Below the pieces are notes generated by a model. The model saw only the letters and a list, made by a program, of their open reading frames with translations, was not told the origin of the DNA and did no database searches. Positions 1 through 8,782 of a stretch of 42,305 bases of DNA are shown here, piece after piece (the stretch's first letter is position 1; every line of letters begins with the position of its first letter). The DNA comes from a virus. The stretch lies in IMG/VR virus record IMGVR_UViG_3300047576_000060, one strand, 5' to 3'. A program made the translations under genes and the position numbers.

Positions 1-25
1 AAGCAGTGGTATCAACGCAGAGTAC
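1..25. other. Synthetic SMART/template-switch PCR primer sequence (library artefact)
   Basis: Exact AAGCAGTGGTATCAACGCAGAGTAC. Its reverse complement closes the window at 42281-42305. Not phage DNA. Confidence 0.9.
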
Positions 26-26
26 T

Positions 27-330
27 CACACCGTCCAAGCCCCAATTTGCCCGATTTCCCGAGCTATTGAGCCGATTCAATAGGCCGGTCTATTAAACGG
101 ATAGTCGCCAAGGGTCAGATCCCTGGCGCGGCGGCGTGTCAGAATGCGACGATGTACTGCGCATAATCGTTTATTGGGCTTTCGGACGCTCGGCTGACCG
201 ATTTCAGTTAACATAATTCTTATTCTACGAAGTTACTACTTATGTCAAATCACGTCTTGACCTCGTCTGCCTGGGCAATGGTTCGGTCTCTAAGGGATCG
301 TTTGGGGCGCGCGCTCGCGATGACGTGATA
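27..330 (+). repeat. Left copy of 304-bp direct terminal repeat
   Basis: Identical by eye to 41976-42279 (offset 41949 bp). Non-coding, with an AT-rich stretch around 205-250. Lies 1 nt from the adapter. Confidence 0.9.
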
Positions 331-347
331 CCACACGCTTCCCCCGT

Positions 348-385
348 AAAAAAAAATTGCAGCCGTGTCAATTTGCGCGTACCTT
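348..385 (+). promoter_or_regulatory. Candidate sigma70-type promoter with upstream A-tract for the rightward operon
   Basis: A9 tract at 348-356, then TTGCAG (357-362), 17 bp, TACCTT (380-385). The predicted start falls a few nt before ATG 395. Pattern match only. Confidence 0.25.
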
Positions 386-658
386 TATTGCTTCATGGAC
401 GCCTCCCCCATTATTTGCAACATTATCGACGCGCCATTGCCCCCGAAATTGCCGCGCGGTAAGCCTGCGCACGATCGCGAGACGATGTTCGACCTGTTAG
501 GCACGATGGAGGCTGGCGGCACGGCCATTGAGGTCAACCGCTCCAAGCGCTCGGTGCAGGGCTACGTGCACCGGTTTCGGGTCAAACTCGCCCCTGGAGC
601 GCAGTATGTGATTCGGGACGCTCGTCCGGGCTGGACGCGTTTGTGGAGGACGAAGTGA
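365..658 (+). CDS. Hypothetical protein, first gene after the left repeat
   Basis: ORF-track ORF starting at GTG 365. An in-frame ATG at 395 (MDASPII...) may be the real start. No motif recognised. Confidence 0.45.
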   Translation: MSICAYLYCFMDASPIICNIIDAPLPPKLPRGKPAHDRETMFDLLGTMEAGGTAIEVNRSKRSVQGYVHRFRVKLAPGAQYVIRDARPGWTRLWRTK

Positions 659-984
659 GTCGACTCGCGAAAGTCATTGAGCAGGCGGCGGCACTGAACC
701 CCGAGTTGATGCGGCAAGTCACCCGCCGGCTCGCGCGCCGTTTTGTTGAGCAACGGGCAAGTGCCAAGTACCGCGGAGTTGAGTTTCGGTTAACCTTTGA
801 GGAATGGCGCGACTGGTGGCTTTCGACGGGCCATGTGGATGAGCGTGGCCGCCATCGTGGCGAGTGGGTCATGGGGCGGCGCGGCGATTCGGGCGCGTAT
901 GAGATCGGCAACTTGAAATGCATGCGAGCGGAGGACAATGTGACCGAACAGAATCACCTGCGCGCCGGGGAGTACGTGTTATGA
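655..984 (+). CDS. Hypothetical protein, possibly a small HNH/AP2-like DNA-binding module
   Basis: GGAGGA (645-650) lies 4 nt before GTG 655, which forms a GTGA overlap with the upstream stop (the ORF track starts at 643). The AKYRGVEFRLTFEEW...G.Y.IGN pattern resembles small phage nuclease-associated modules, from memory only. Confidence 0.5.
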   Translation: MSRLAKVIEQAAALNPELMRQVTRRLARRFVEQRASAKYRGVEFRLTFEEWRDWWLSTGHVDERGRHRGEWVMGRRGDSGAYEIGNLKCMRAEDNVTEQNHLRAGEYVL

Positions 985-1334
985 GCGAGTACTGGGGCGA
1001 TGTGCTGCAATCCTTTCAAAACGGGGTGCAGTTAGATTTGCGGGTGAAGCTCGCGATCGAGTTCTTGAAGTCGCCGGCGTTTTCAGGCGATGGGGCGAGT
1101 CCTGAAGGGGCGGCGACGCGCGCGCTCACCCTGGCGGACTCTTTGCTCGAGCAGGCGCAAGCTTCTGGATTACTGAAGCCCCTGCCCGAGGACAGCGAGT
1201 TGAACGCGCCCTTGCGCCGGCACTTGGAGAGAAATGCGCGCGCGCAGATTTTTGCGAACTTAGCCGCGCAGCGCATCGGCTCCGAGCCCGCGGTGGCTTT
1301 GAACTCGGTGCCGGCGACGATTGTGCAGCGGTAA
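981..1334 (+). CDS. Hypothetical protein
   Basis: ATG 981 forms an ATGA overlap with the upstream stop (MSEYWGDVLQ...). Helical, Ala/Leu-rich. Confidence 0.6.
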   Translation: MSEYWGDVLQSFQNGVQLDLRVKLAIEFLKSPAFSGDGASPEGAATRALTLADSLLEQAQASGLLKPLPEDSELNAPLRRHLERNARAQIFANLAAQRIGSEPAVALNSVPATIVQR

Positions 1335-1336
1335 AT

Positions 1337-1540
1337 ATGCAGCGCCGCTCCGTCACGAGTTCGAACGTCGCCTCGGTGGGCTGGGAGGAGGAGACCCTTG
1401 AGGTGGAGTTCGTGTCCGGTCACGTGTACCTGTATCACGAGGTTCCTGAGGGCGAGTACCAGGCACTCTTGGGTGCCGACTCGATTGGCCGCGCGCTCTC
1501 AAGTTTGCGCGACAAGTACACCTCGACGCGCTTGCGGTGA
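1337..1540 (+). CDS. KTSC domain protein
   Basis: SSNVASVGWEEETLEVEFVSGHVYLYHEVPEGEYQALLGADSIG matches the KTSC pattern (S.I..vgYd...L.V.F..G..Y.Y..VP...y..l..A.S.G). Confidence 0.8.
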   Translation: MQRRSVTSSNVASVGWEEETLEVEFVSGHVYLYHEVPEGEYQALLGADSIGRALSSLRDKYTSTRLR

Positions 1541-3390
1541 GCGAGCCCCTCATCGCCCGCCCCGTGCTCACGGAGGAGGAGCGCGGCCGCTTCGATGCCG
1601 AGCGGTTTGAGGATTTTTGCGGCAAACTCATGATCGACTCCAAGGAGTTTGGCCGCATTCCCTTGAAGTGGCTGCAAAGTCAGCGCTACGCCATCGAGCA
1701 GATCAGCGAGGGCTTAGGGCGCGGCATTCACGAGTTCGTGATTTTGAAGGGCCGCCAGATGGGTATCTCGACCGTAACCCTGGCCTTGGACATCTACTGG
1801 ATGTTCAAGCACCCGGGCCTGCAGGCCGCGGTGGTGACGGACACGGACGAGAACCGGGAGATTTTCCGCTCCCTGTTGGGCCAATACATCGACTCCTTGC
1901 CGCGGCACCTGCGCCCCGGGATCAAGACCCACAACCGCACGCAGCTCGTGTGCAAGTCCCCGTGCGGTTCGCGCATGATCTACATGGTGGCGGGCACCAA
2001 AAAGAAGGGCGATTTGGGCCGCGCCAAGGGCGTGAACCTGTTGCACGCGACCGAGTGCTCCAGTTGGGGGGATGAGGAGGGATTTGGCTCGCTCATGAAT
2101 TCCTTGGCGCAAACCAATCCGCACCGGCTCTACATTTTCGAATCCACCGCGCGCGGCTACAACCTCTTTCAAACCACCTGGGAGGTCGCCAAGGACTCCG
2201 AAACCATGGTAGCGATTTTCATCGGCTGGTGGCGCAACGAACTCTATCAAGTGCCCGTCGACTCCCCGCAGTACAAGACCTATTGGGACGGGGTGCCCAC
2301 CTCGGACGAGCGGGTCTGGATTGGGGAGATTTTTGAACTCTACGGGGTCGAGATCAGCGCCAACCAGCTTGCTTGGTGGCGCTGGTACGTGACCGAGAAG
2401 ATGAAGGGCGATGAGATGATGGCGCTCCAAGAGATGCCGCCGACCGAGGACTACGCCTTTCAACTCTCGGGCAGCAAGTTCTTCTCCGCCGAGCGCACCA
2501 ACTTAGCCTTCAAGCGCGCGCGCGATGTCACCGAAAAATTGCACTTTCGCTACGAGTTTGGGCTCCAGTTCGAGGACACGCAGTTCATCGAGACGACCGA
2601 GAAGCTCGCCGAAGTGACGCTGTGGGAGACTCCGGTGAAGGCTAAAAATGCGGGCGAGCCGCACGGGGTCTACATTTTGGGCGCGGATCCCGCCTACGGC
2701 TCCTCCGAGTGGGCGGACGAATTTGCGGGGTGCATGCTGCGCTGCTATGCGGACCGGGTGATTCAGGTGGCGGAGATCGGCACCGCCGCCTACACCGAGC
2801 AGCAATTTGCCTGGGTGCTCGCCCACATGGCCGGCTGGTACGGCAACTGCATGCTCAATTTGGAGATGCAGGGGCCGGGCGCCACGGTCTACAACGAGTT
2901 GGGCAATTTGAAGCGCCTCGCCGCCTCCCTGCCGCACGGCGATCCGCGTTTGGGCGCCTTCGATGTGGTGTCGCGCATCCGCGATTACCTCTACCCCGGC
3001 CGCCAGGACTCGATCTCCGGCATGCCGACCGCGTTTCAGTGGCAGACCAACTCGCGCGAGAAGCTTCGCATGATGTCGACCTTGAGGAGCTACTTCGAGC
3101 GCGAGATGCTCGAATTGAACTCGCCGCTGTGCCTCACGCAGTTTCGTAACATTCACCGCAACGGCGATAAAATCGGCGGCGAGGGCCGTGCGAAGGATGA
3201 TCGGGTGATTGCGCTCGCGATCGCGGTGGTGGCCTGGAACGACTCGATCATGCACGAACTCGCGGCGAACGGGCGCACCTATGCGCGCGAGAACCGCCCG
3301 CCGGCCGAGGTCAAGCAGTTTCATGCTGCGGAGCGCAGTGTCGTTAATTTCCTTCGCAAAGAAGGCATCAGCGTCCGTGGACTCACATGA
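1537..3390 (+). CDS. terL: Terminase large subunit
   Basis: 617 aa with a GTGA overlap at the start. Walker-A-like KGRQMGIST is followed by an acidic Walker-B-like segment. The C-terminal RNaseH-like nuclease has acidic motifs (YILGADPAYG, DDRVIALAIAV). Sits upstream of the portal. Confidence 0.85.
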   Translation: MSEPLIARPVLTEEERGRFDAERFEDFCGKLMIDSKEFGRIPLKWLQSQRYAIEQISEGLGRGIHEFVILKGRQMGISTVTLALDIYWMFKHPGLQAAVVTDTDENREIFRSLLGQYIDSLPRHLRPGIKTHNRTQLVCKSPCGSRMIYMVAGTKKKGDLGRAKGVNLLHATECSSWGDEEGFGSLMNSLAQTNPHRLYIFESTARGYNLFQTTWEVAKDSETMVAIFIGWWRNELYQVPVDSPQYKTYWDGVPTSDERVWIGEIFELYGVEISANQLAWWRWYVTEKMKGDEMMALQEMPPTEDYAFQLSGSKFFSAERTNLAFKRARDVTEKLHFRYEFGLQFEDTQFIETTEKLAEVTLWETPVKAKNAGEPHGVYILGADPAYGSSEWADEFAGCMLRCYADRVIQVAEIGTAAYTEQQFAWVLAHMAGWYGNCMLNLEMQGPGATVYNELGNLKRLAASLPHGDPRLGAFDVVSRIRDYLYPGRQDSISGMPTAFQWQTNSREKLRMMSTLRSYFEREMLELNSPLCLTQFRNIHRNGDKIGGEGRAKDDRVIALAIAVVAWNDSIMHELAANGRTYARENRPPAEVKQFHAAERSVVNFLRKEGISVRGLT

Positions 3391-3394
3391 ACCC

Positions 3395-3832
3395 TTGTCG
3401 GTCGGGCAGATTTGCCATCGCCTTTCGCTGATTCGCGAGGGCGAGGCGCACCTACGCGCTGAGCTGCCGCCCGAGAACCCGCACAACGCCGTTTTGCGCC
3501 TGCGCGATGTTACGCGCTATATTGACTGTCGCGCGAACGAGGTGCTTCTGTGGTTTCCCACCATGACGCGGGTTTCACATCGGCTGCGGGATCGCCCGCC
3601 GCCCAAAAAAGCCGTGCCGCTGCCTGCGGCGCGTCAATGGGACTTCTCGCGTTTTTTTTGGGGCTTCGATGAGGGCAGGATCATCAAGGCGCGCGTGGGC
3701 GATGAGTGGAAAATCATCTCCCGCCATTCGCACCCCCTACCATTGGGTGCCGCGGCGCGGCAGGAAGCCCCGGCGAAGCGTCTCGATATGAGAATTGATC
3801 TCACCGCGCTCGGCCCGAGGTTGAAACTATGA
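3395..3832 (+). CDS. Hypothetical protein
   Basis: In frame with ORF 3209-3832. TTG 3395 is the first start after the terminase stop, so the start is uncertain. Confidence 0.4.
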   Translation: MSVGQICHRLSLIREGEAHLRAELPPENPHNAVLRLRDVTRYIDCRANEVLLWFPTMTRVSHRLRDRPPPKKAVPLPAARQWDFSRFFWGFDEGRIIKARVGDEWKIISRHSHPLPLGAAARQEAPAKRLDMRIDLTALGPRLKL

Positions 3833-4332
3833 TTCGAGAATTTGCGTGTCTCGAACACGGCCCGTTTGAGGGTTCGCACGCGATTTGCCCCGCCTACGGC
3901 TGCGACTCGCGCGCCGTATCCCAAGAATTTCGCACCGCGCCCAAAATCGGCTCCGCCTTGACCCGCCGCACTGATGCGGGGCTTCGAAAGAGCGCCGAGA
4001 TGTACGGCATCAACAACTGGAAGTCGGGCGCTCGGGAGGGGGATATGTCCTTCGCCGGTCACGCCGACAAGGCGTTGGGAATGGAGGTGTTATGGGGGAA
4101 CGAGGTGCAAAAAAAGATGGGCCGCTCCTTCACCGAGCTCTCCGGACTTGCGCAAAAGCCCTTGGTGGTTGCGAAACGCGACGGCTCTGGAGTGTTGCGC
4201 TTGGATCGAAACAACGCGATGCGCGAGGCCGCGACCGAGGCGGGGATCACGCGCCGGCGCCTGCCGAAAGCCGCGGAAGTGTCGGGGGACCCTGATACGC
4301 CCAAAGCGCGCGCCCAAGCGCTCACGGTGTGA
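3829..4332 (+). CDS. Hypothetical protein with an N-terminal Cys/His cluster
   Basis: ATGA overlap at the start. The N-terminus reads CLEHGPFEGSHAICPAYGC. Confidence 0.6.
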   Translation: MIREFACLEHGPFEGSHAICPAYGCDSRAVSQEFRTAPKIGSALTRRTDAGLRKSAEMYGINNWKSGAREGDMSFAGHADKALGMEVLWGNEVQKKMGRSFTELSGLAQKPLVVAKRDGSGVLRLDRNNAMREAATEAGITRRRLPKAAEVSGDPDTPKARAQALTV

Positions 4333-6011
4333 AAATCCCCAAGGACATGCTCGAGCGCAAGCTCCTGTATGAGGAGCTGGTGCGCCAATGCACCGCCTCG
4401 CGCAACGATCGCTTCCAGGTCTATCAGACGCTGCGTAACTATTATCTGTTTGGCTCCATGGACGCGAACGGCGCGCCCTACAACAAAATCGCCTCCACGG
4501 TCGAGACCCTGTCGAGTTTCATCTACTCGCCCGACACCTTGAAATTCTCGCTCCACTTGGGCACCGAGGCATCAAACGATGAGGTCTACAAGGCGGTGCC
4601 GCTCGCGACCGAGGTGACCGAGCAGTGGCGCGCGAGCAAAACTCACATCGTTTTCGGCATCGGGCTTCGCTGGTCCTTGGTGTACGGCATGATGCTCATG
4701 AAAATTCTGTGGAACGAGAAGCGCGTACGAAGCTACTTGGTCGAGCCGCACCAATTCGGCGTGTTGCGCGAGGACATCATGGAGTTGGCCGACCAGGAAG
4801 CCTTCACCCATCACTACACGATGACTCGTACGCAACTGCACTCGCACTTGGAAGGCAACCCCCGGCGCGACTCGATCATGGCGCGCGTCGGCCGATCCGA
4901 TCAGGATACGCTCCCGCCGTTATCTTCGGGCCTGTCGCGGCTTCTGATCGGTTCACCCGTTGGCGGGGTGCCGGGTTCGCTCGCGATCCCCGGGCAGATG
5001 AGCAGTTTTCAAACCGGCATGGGGCGGGGCCCCTCCTACGACTACGCGCCGAAGGTCGAAGCGGATTTGATCGATTTTTGTGACCTCTATGTATGGGACG
5101 ATGAGGAGCGAGACTATCAAGTGGTGACGCGCGCCGCTCCCGATGTAATCGTCTACGACCGGCCGAGCCACACCATGGGGCACGTGCAGGGCATCGCGCC
5201 GTTCGTGCCGATACGCCCGGAATTTAACGCGTACGACTATTTTTGGGGTAACGCCTTCGTCGCCAAACTCACCTTTCTGCAGGACTGGCGCAGCGAGCGG
5301 GTGTTTCAGATCAAGCATCTTTTGTCCAAGCAGTTCGATCCGCCCATGTCGATGACCGGCGGCGTCGGGATCGCGGAGGAGAAGTTCTTGGCGTTCGGAA
5401 GCGCCCGCGGTCGGCTCTCGATGCCCACCCCGAGCGCCAAAATTCAAGTGCACGAACCGCAGATGCCCTCCGATGTGTTTGCGGAAATTTCGCAAATCGA
5501 TGCCATGTTCGACGATCAGGCGGGTTTGGGCCACGTGCTGCAAGGCAAGGGTGAACCCGGCGTGCGCTCGAAGGGTCAGGCGGACTTGATGGCGAGGTTG
5601 GGCTCCGCCCGCCCGCGTGAGCGAGCGCTCGCGATCGAGGAATCCTTAGAGGACGCGGCGGGCAATATTCTGCGCCAGGTGCAGGATCATTCCGACCAGC
5701 GCTTTCAATACTCGGTCCCCGCAGAGAAGACGCCGCGCACCTTCATTGCCGAGCAGTTCACGCGCGATTACGAGGTACAGGTCGACGGGCACTCCGCCTC
5801 GCCGATCTTTATCGAGGACGAAAAGCATGACGCGGTGACCTTGCTCGAAGCGCACGCGATCGATCGGGAGACCTATCTTGAGATGTTCCACCCCTCCAAT
5901 TTGCAGGTTTTGAAAGAAAAGCTTAAAGTCATCGAGGAACAGGAATTGAAAGCGAAGCAGTTGGAACTTCAGGCAGGCATTGCGCCGAAGGCAGGAGGCA
6001 AGAAAAAGTGA
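4329..6011 (+). CDS. Portal protein (by position and size)
   Basis: 560 aa with a GTGA overlap. Lies between the terminase and scaffold/capsid genes. C-terminal coiled, charged tail. Confidence 0.7.
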   Translation: MKIPKDMLERKLLYEELVRQCTASRNDRFQVYQTLRNYYLFGSMDANGAPYNKIASTVETLSSFIYSPDTLKFSLHLGTEASNDEVYKAVPLATEVTEQWRASKTHIVFGIGLRWSLVYGMMLMKILWNEKRVRSYLVEPHQFGVLREDIMELADQEAFTHHYTMTRTQLHSHLEGNPRRDSIMARVGRSDQDTLPPLSSGLSRLLIGSPVGGVPGSLAIPGQMSSFQTGMGRGPSYDYAPKVEADLIDFCDLYVWDDEERDYQVVTRAAPDVIVYDRPSHTMGHVQGIAPFVPIRPEFNAYDYFWGNAFVAKLTFLQDWRSERVFQIKHLLSKQFDPPMSMTGGVGIAEEKFLAFGSARGRLSMPTPSAKIQVHEPQMPSDVFAEISQIDAMFDDQAGLGHVLQGKGEPGVRSKGQADLMARLGSARPRERALAIEESLEDAAGNILRQVQDHSDQRFQYSVPAEKTPRTFIAEQFTRDYEVQVDGHSASPIFIEDEKHDAVTLLEAHAIDRETYLEMFHPSNLQVLKEKLKVIEEQELKAKQLELQAGIAPKAGGKKK

Positions 6012-6172
6012 AGATTGACCGCGCGAGCAAAGCATCCGGCGGCCATCAGCCCGGCCACGCGTACAAGCGCAACTTCAACGCGCCGCCGTCGGGCCGATTC
6101 GGTATCCGCATGCATCGACCGGCGCACTCGCGCGCGAAGTCCTCGCGCGGTGCGGGCGCCCGGAACGGTTGA
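6008..6172 (+). CDS. Possible small, highly basic protein (54 aa)
   Basis: GTG 6008 forms a GTGA overlap with the portal stop (VKIDRASKASGGHQPGHAYKRNFNAPPSGRFGI...). Below the ORF-track size cutoff. Confidence 0.2.
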   Translation: MKIDRASKASGGHQPGHAYKRNFNAPPSGRFGIRMHRPAHSRAKSSRGAGARNG

Positions 6173-6442
6173 GAAAAGGGTTGGCTGCTCCCTCGATTAG
6201 TGGCCCTTCTGAAATAGGAGAATGCACCATGGCTCGTCGGCATCGTCGTCACAAGCGGTAAGGAAATAACGGGAGTTTGAGCCTCCTCCCGTTTGACCGC
6301 CATGAAAAACGAACCTCAAGTAGTCCCCGCGGGTCGCCGCGGCGCGGGCGGCGCGTACCGCCGGGGCCGCACCCCGCGACGTGTTTGATATGCGTCGCTA
6401 TGGCCGCGCGCCCTCCTCTCGCCCGACTCCGAGGCGGGTCTG

Positions 6443-6892
6443 ATGGCCGTGCCGCCCGAAGTGATGCAGAAAATGATGGCTGGCGCTGGAAGTGGCGCCG
6501 CGCCCACCGGCGTTGGCGCGACCCCACCGGCCGGCCCTGAGGGCGCGGGTGGCGCTCCTCCGGCACAGTCTCCGGCCGCAGGTCCCATGTCAAAGCCGCA
6601 AGATAAGCGCGGCCTGAAAGCCGCCGCCCAGACCAACGTCCATATCGCAATGAACATGCTCGAGGAGGCGCTGCCGAAGTTCGGTAGCGAATCCCCCGAG
6701 GGCGCGAAAATCCTGGCCGCGCTGAAATCTCTTGGCAGTTTGGTCGCGAAGCGTGATACTTCGGACCTTGTGCCAGCCGAAGTCATGCAAATGGTCAAGC
6801 AACTCCCACAAGCGGGCGGCGGAACCCAGGTTCAACAAGCTATTATGAAACAGATGCAGGCGGCAAAACCACAACCGGCGCAAGCCGCTTAA
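6443..6892 (+). CDS. Hypothetical protein with an Ala/Gly/Pro-rich N-terminus and helical C-terminus, head-module associated
   Basis: 149-aa ORF between the portal and scaffold-like genes. Confidence 0.55.
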   Translation: MAVPPEVMQKMMAGAGSGAAPTGVGATPPAGPEGAGGAPPAQSPAAGPMSKPQDKRGLKAAAQTNVHIAMNMLEEALPKFGSESPEGAKILAALKSLGSLVAKRDTSDLVPAEVMQMVKQLPQAGGGTQVQQAIMKQMQAAKPQPAQAA

Positions 6893-6902
6893 AGGACACT
6901 GT

Positions 6903-7085
6903 ATGCCGGAGCGATTCCTAGAACCCTCAAGCGCCGGACTTCGCCGCCCGACGGATCCGCAGAAGGATAACGGCCAGATCATCAACCAGCCCCGGTACGC
7001 GGAACACGGCGGCCTCGACAAGCCCGCTCGCGTCGCGCAGCACAACCCGTTGAAGATCTCCAAGCCCAATGGCGGACGTAGCTGA
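6903..7085 (+). CDS. Small hypothetical protein
   Basis: 60-aa ORF. Its stop overlaps ATG 7085 (TGATG). Confidence 0.35.
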   Translation: MPERFLEPSSAGLRRPTDPQKDNGQIINQPRYAEHGGLDKPARVAQHNPLKISKPNGGRS

Positions 7086-7675
7086 TGCCGACCTTGGAAG
7101 ATCTGCCGATTGAGCAGCTACTCGCGCACGCGAAAGCGACCGAGTCTTCCCACACGCTCCTGCGCTCGCTCACCTCGAACCCCGAGACGCGCGAATCGCT
7201 GCAGCGGCTCATCAAGAAAGTGCAGCCGAACCTCTCCATCCCCGAGATCGATGCGAAGGACTCGGTGCGCGAGGAGATCAAGACCGAGCGCGAGGCGCGC
7301 TTGGCGCTCGAGCAGAAAATTCTGGAGCGCGATGTACGTGACCGGTTGGAGAAGCAGAAACTCGCGGTCAAGCGCGACTTCAACTTAACCGATGATGACC
7401 TCTTGGAGGTCGAGAAGCTGATGGTACGCGCCGAGGATCCGATCCCGACCTACCGAGGGGCGGCGCAAGTGTTCGCCGCGAGCCGGCAGAGCGCGCTCCC
7501 GACACCCGCTTCGTATCAGAGGCCCACCTTTCAGATGCCGGAGAAGGAAGTGTGGGCGGGCGGTATCGGCAGCCCCGCGAAGCTCAACAAGATCGCGATG
7601 GATGAGGCGTACAATGCGATGGGTGAGATCATGTCAGGCAAAGTTGCAGGAGTCGGCCCCGCGCGGGCGAATTAG
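7085..7675 (+). CDS. Scaffolding-like protein (by position and composition)
   Basis: 196 aa, charged and helical (EIKTEREARLALEQKILERDVRDRLEKQK). Immediately upstream of the capsid gene. Confidence 0.55.
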   Translation: MPTLEDLPIEQLLAHAKATESSHTLLRSLTSNPETRESLQRLIKKVQPNLSIPEIDAKDSVREEIKTEREARLALEQKILERDVRDRLEKQKLAVKRDFNLTDDDLLEVEKLMVRAEDPIPTYRGAAQVFAASRQSALPTPASYQRPTFQMPEKEVWAGGIGSPAKLNKIAMDEAYNAMGEIMSGKVAGVGPARAN

Positions 7676-7740
7676 AATTTTCAACGTCTCGTGAGCGTTT
7701 GAGCGGCGCTTTTACGGGACCACAGTAGGAGTTTGCGCTC

Positions 7741-8757
7741 ATGCCGATTTTAGGCACAGGAATTGTCCCCGCCGGCGGCGTTGGATCTTTGGGAGGTGAG
7801 CTACAGTATGTAGTGCGCCGCGGATTCGTGAAAAAGTTAGTTGTACAGTTGTACAACACGAGCCCCTTAACCGCCGCGCTCATTGCGAACTCTCAGCCCG
7901 CCTCGGGCGGCGTCTCCTCGGTGACGATCCCGGCGCAAGGGTCGCAGTTCGTGAACTTGCAGTGGGTCGGCTACGACGGCTCGTTCAACCAGCCGGCGGT
8001 ACAGGCGGCGGTGACGAACCTCGAATTCAATTTAAAAGGCGCGGTGATCCCGATCCCGTACCTTGGGTTCGAGGGCTTGATTCAGGACGCGCACGAAATC
8101 ATTCCGCTCCTGGCCGCGCGCATGAACGATGCGGGCAACGTCTACTGCGATGGGGTCGCAACCGCGCTCCTTAACAACGTGTCGAACCAGACGCAGGTGA
8201 TCGGGCTCCCGGCGGCGGTCGATGATGGTACGAACTCGACTCTTTACGGCAACCAGTCGCGCACCACCAACCCGTGGTTGAAGGCTAAGCGCTATGCGGC
8301 GGGCTCGACGAACCCGACGCGTGCGCTCGTGGCGCAGTACATCACCGGCACCTTCAAGTACGGCGGCGAGTTGCCCACCTTCGGCATCATGGGACCGGCG
8401 ACCTGGCAAACGCTGCAAAACGACTACATCCCGAACGAATCCTATGTGGTGACCCCTGAGAAGGGGTTCGATGATGAGCCCTGGGGCGCGCGCTCGGCGT
8501 TCCGCGCCTGCATGGTCTCCGGGGTGCCGATCTATATGGACCCGTACGTGCCTGAGGGCACGCTCTATTTGTTGAACACGGGGTATCTCGCGTTCTACAT
8601 CCACGAGCGCGCGGCCTTTGCCTTCACCGGCTTTGAGTCGACGCTCTCGAACAACCAAATCGGCTTCATCGGCGCGGTGCTATCCTTGTTGGAGTTGGTG
8701 CTCGCGAAACCGAAGGTGTGCACCGTGGTCACGGGGTTCACGTTCGTGGCAATTTAA
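7741..8757 (+). CDS. Major capsid protein (by position and size)
   Basis: 338 aa. An AGGAG RBS precedes the ATG. Follows the scaffold-like gene. Confidence 0.7.
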   Translation: MPILGTGIVPAGGVGSLGGELQYVVRRGFVKKLVVQLYNTSPLTAALIANSQPASGGVSSVTIPAQGSQFVNLQWVGYDGSFNQPAVQAAVTNLEFNLKGAVIPIPYLGFEGLIQDAHEIIPLLAARMNDAGNVYCDGVATALLNNVSNQTQVIGLPAAVDDGTNSTLYGNQSRTTNPWLKAKRYAAGSTNPTRALVAQYITGTFKYGGELPTFGIMGPATWQTLQNDYIPNESYVVTPEKGFDDEPWGARSAFRACMVSGVPIYMDPYVPEGTLYLLNTGYLAFYIHERAAFAFTGFESTLSNNQIGFIGAVLSLLELVLAKPKVCTVVTGFTFVAI

Positions 8758-8782
8758 AGAGCACGTTCAGGAGTAAAGTCAG

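Noticed and set aside
2503-3486. Long antisense ORFs (2503-3486, 1714-2463, 8032-8658, 10540-11484, 12449-13312, 13960-14763, 14833-15423 and similar)
   Set aside because: These are shadow ORFs typical of high-GC coding DNA. They lie opposite genes with clear motifs or operon coupling, have Arg/Pro/Gly/Ala-biased composition, and lack RBS or overlap logic.
6172-6442. tRNA or other classical RNA gene in the portal-downstream gap
   Set aside because: I found no cloverleaf. The GGGAG...CTCCC hairpin lacks a T-loop consensus and there are no acceptor or anticodon arms. I cannot run tRNAscan, but nothing tRNA-like is visible.
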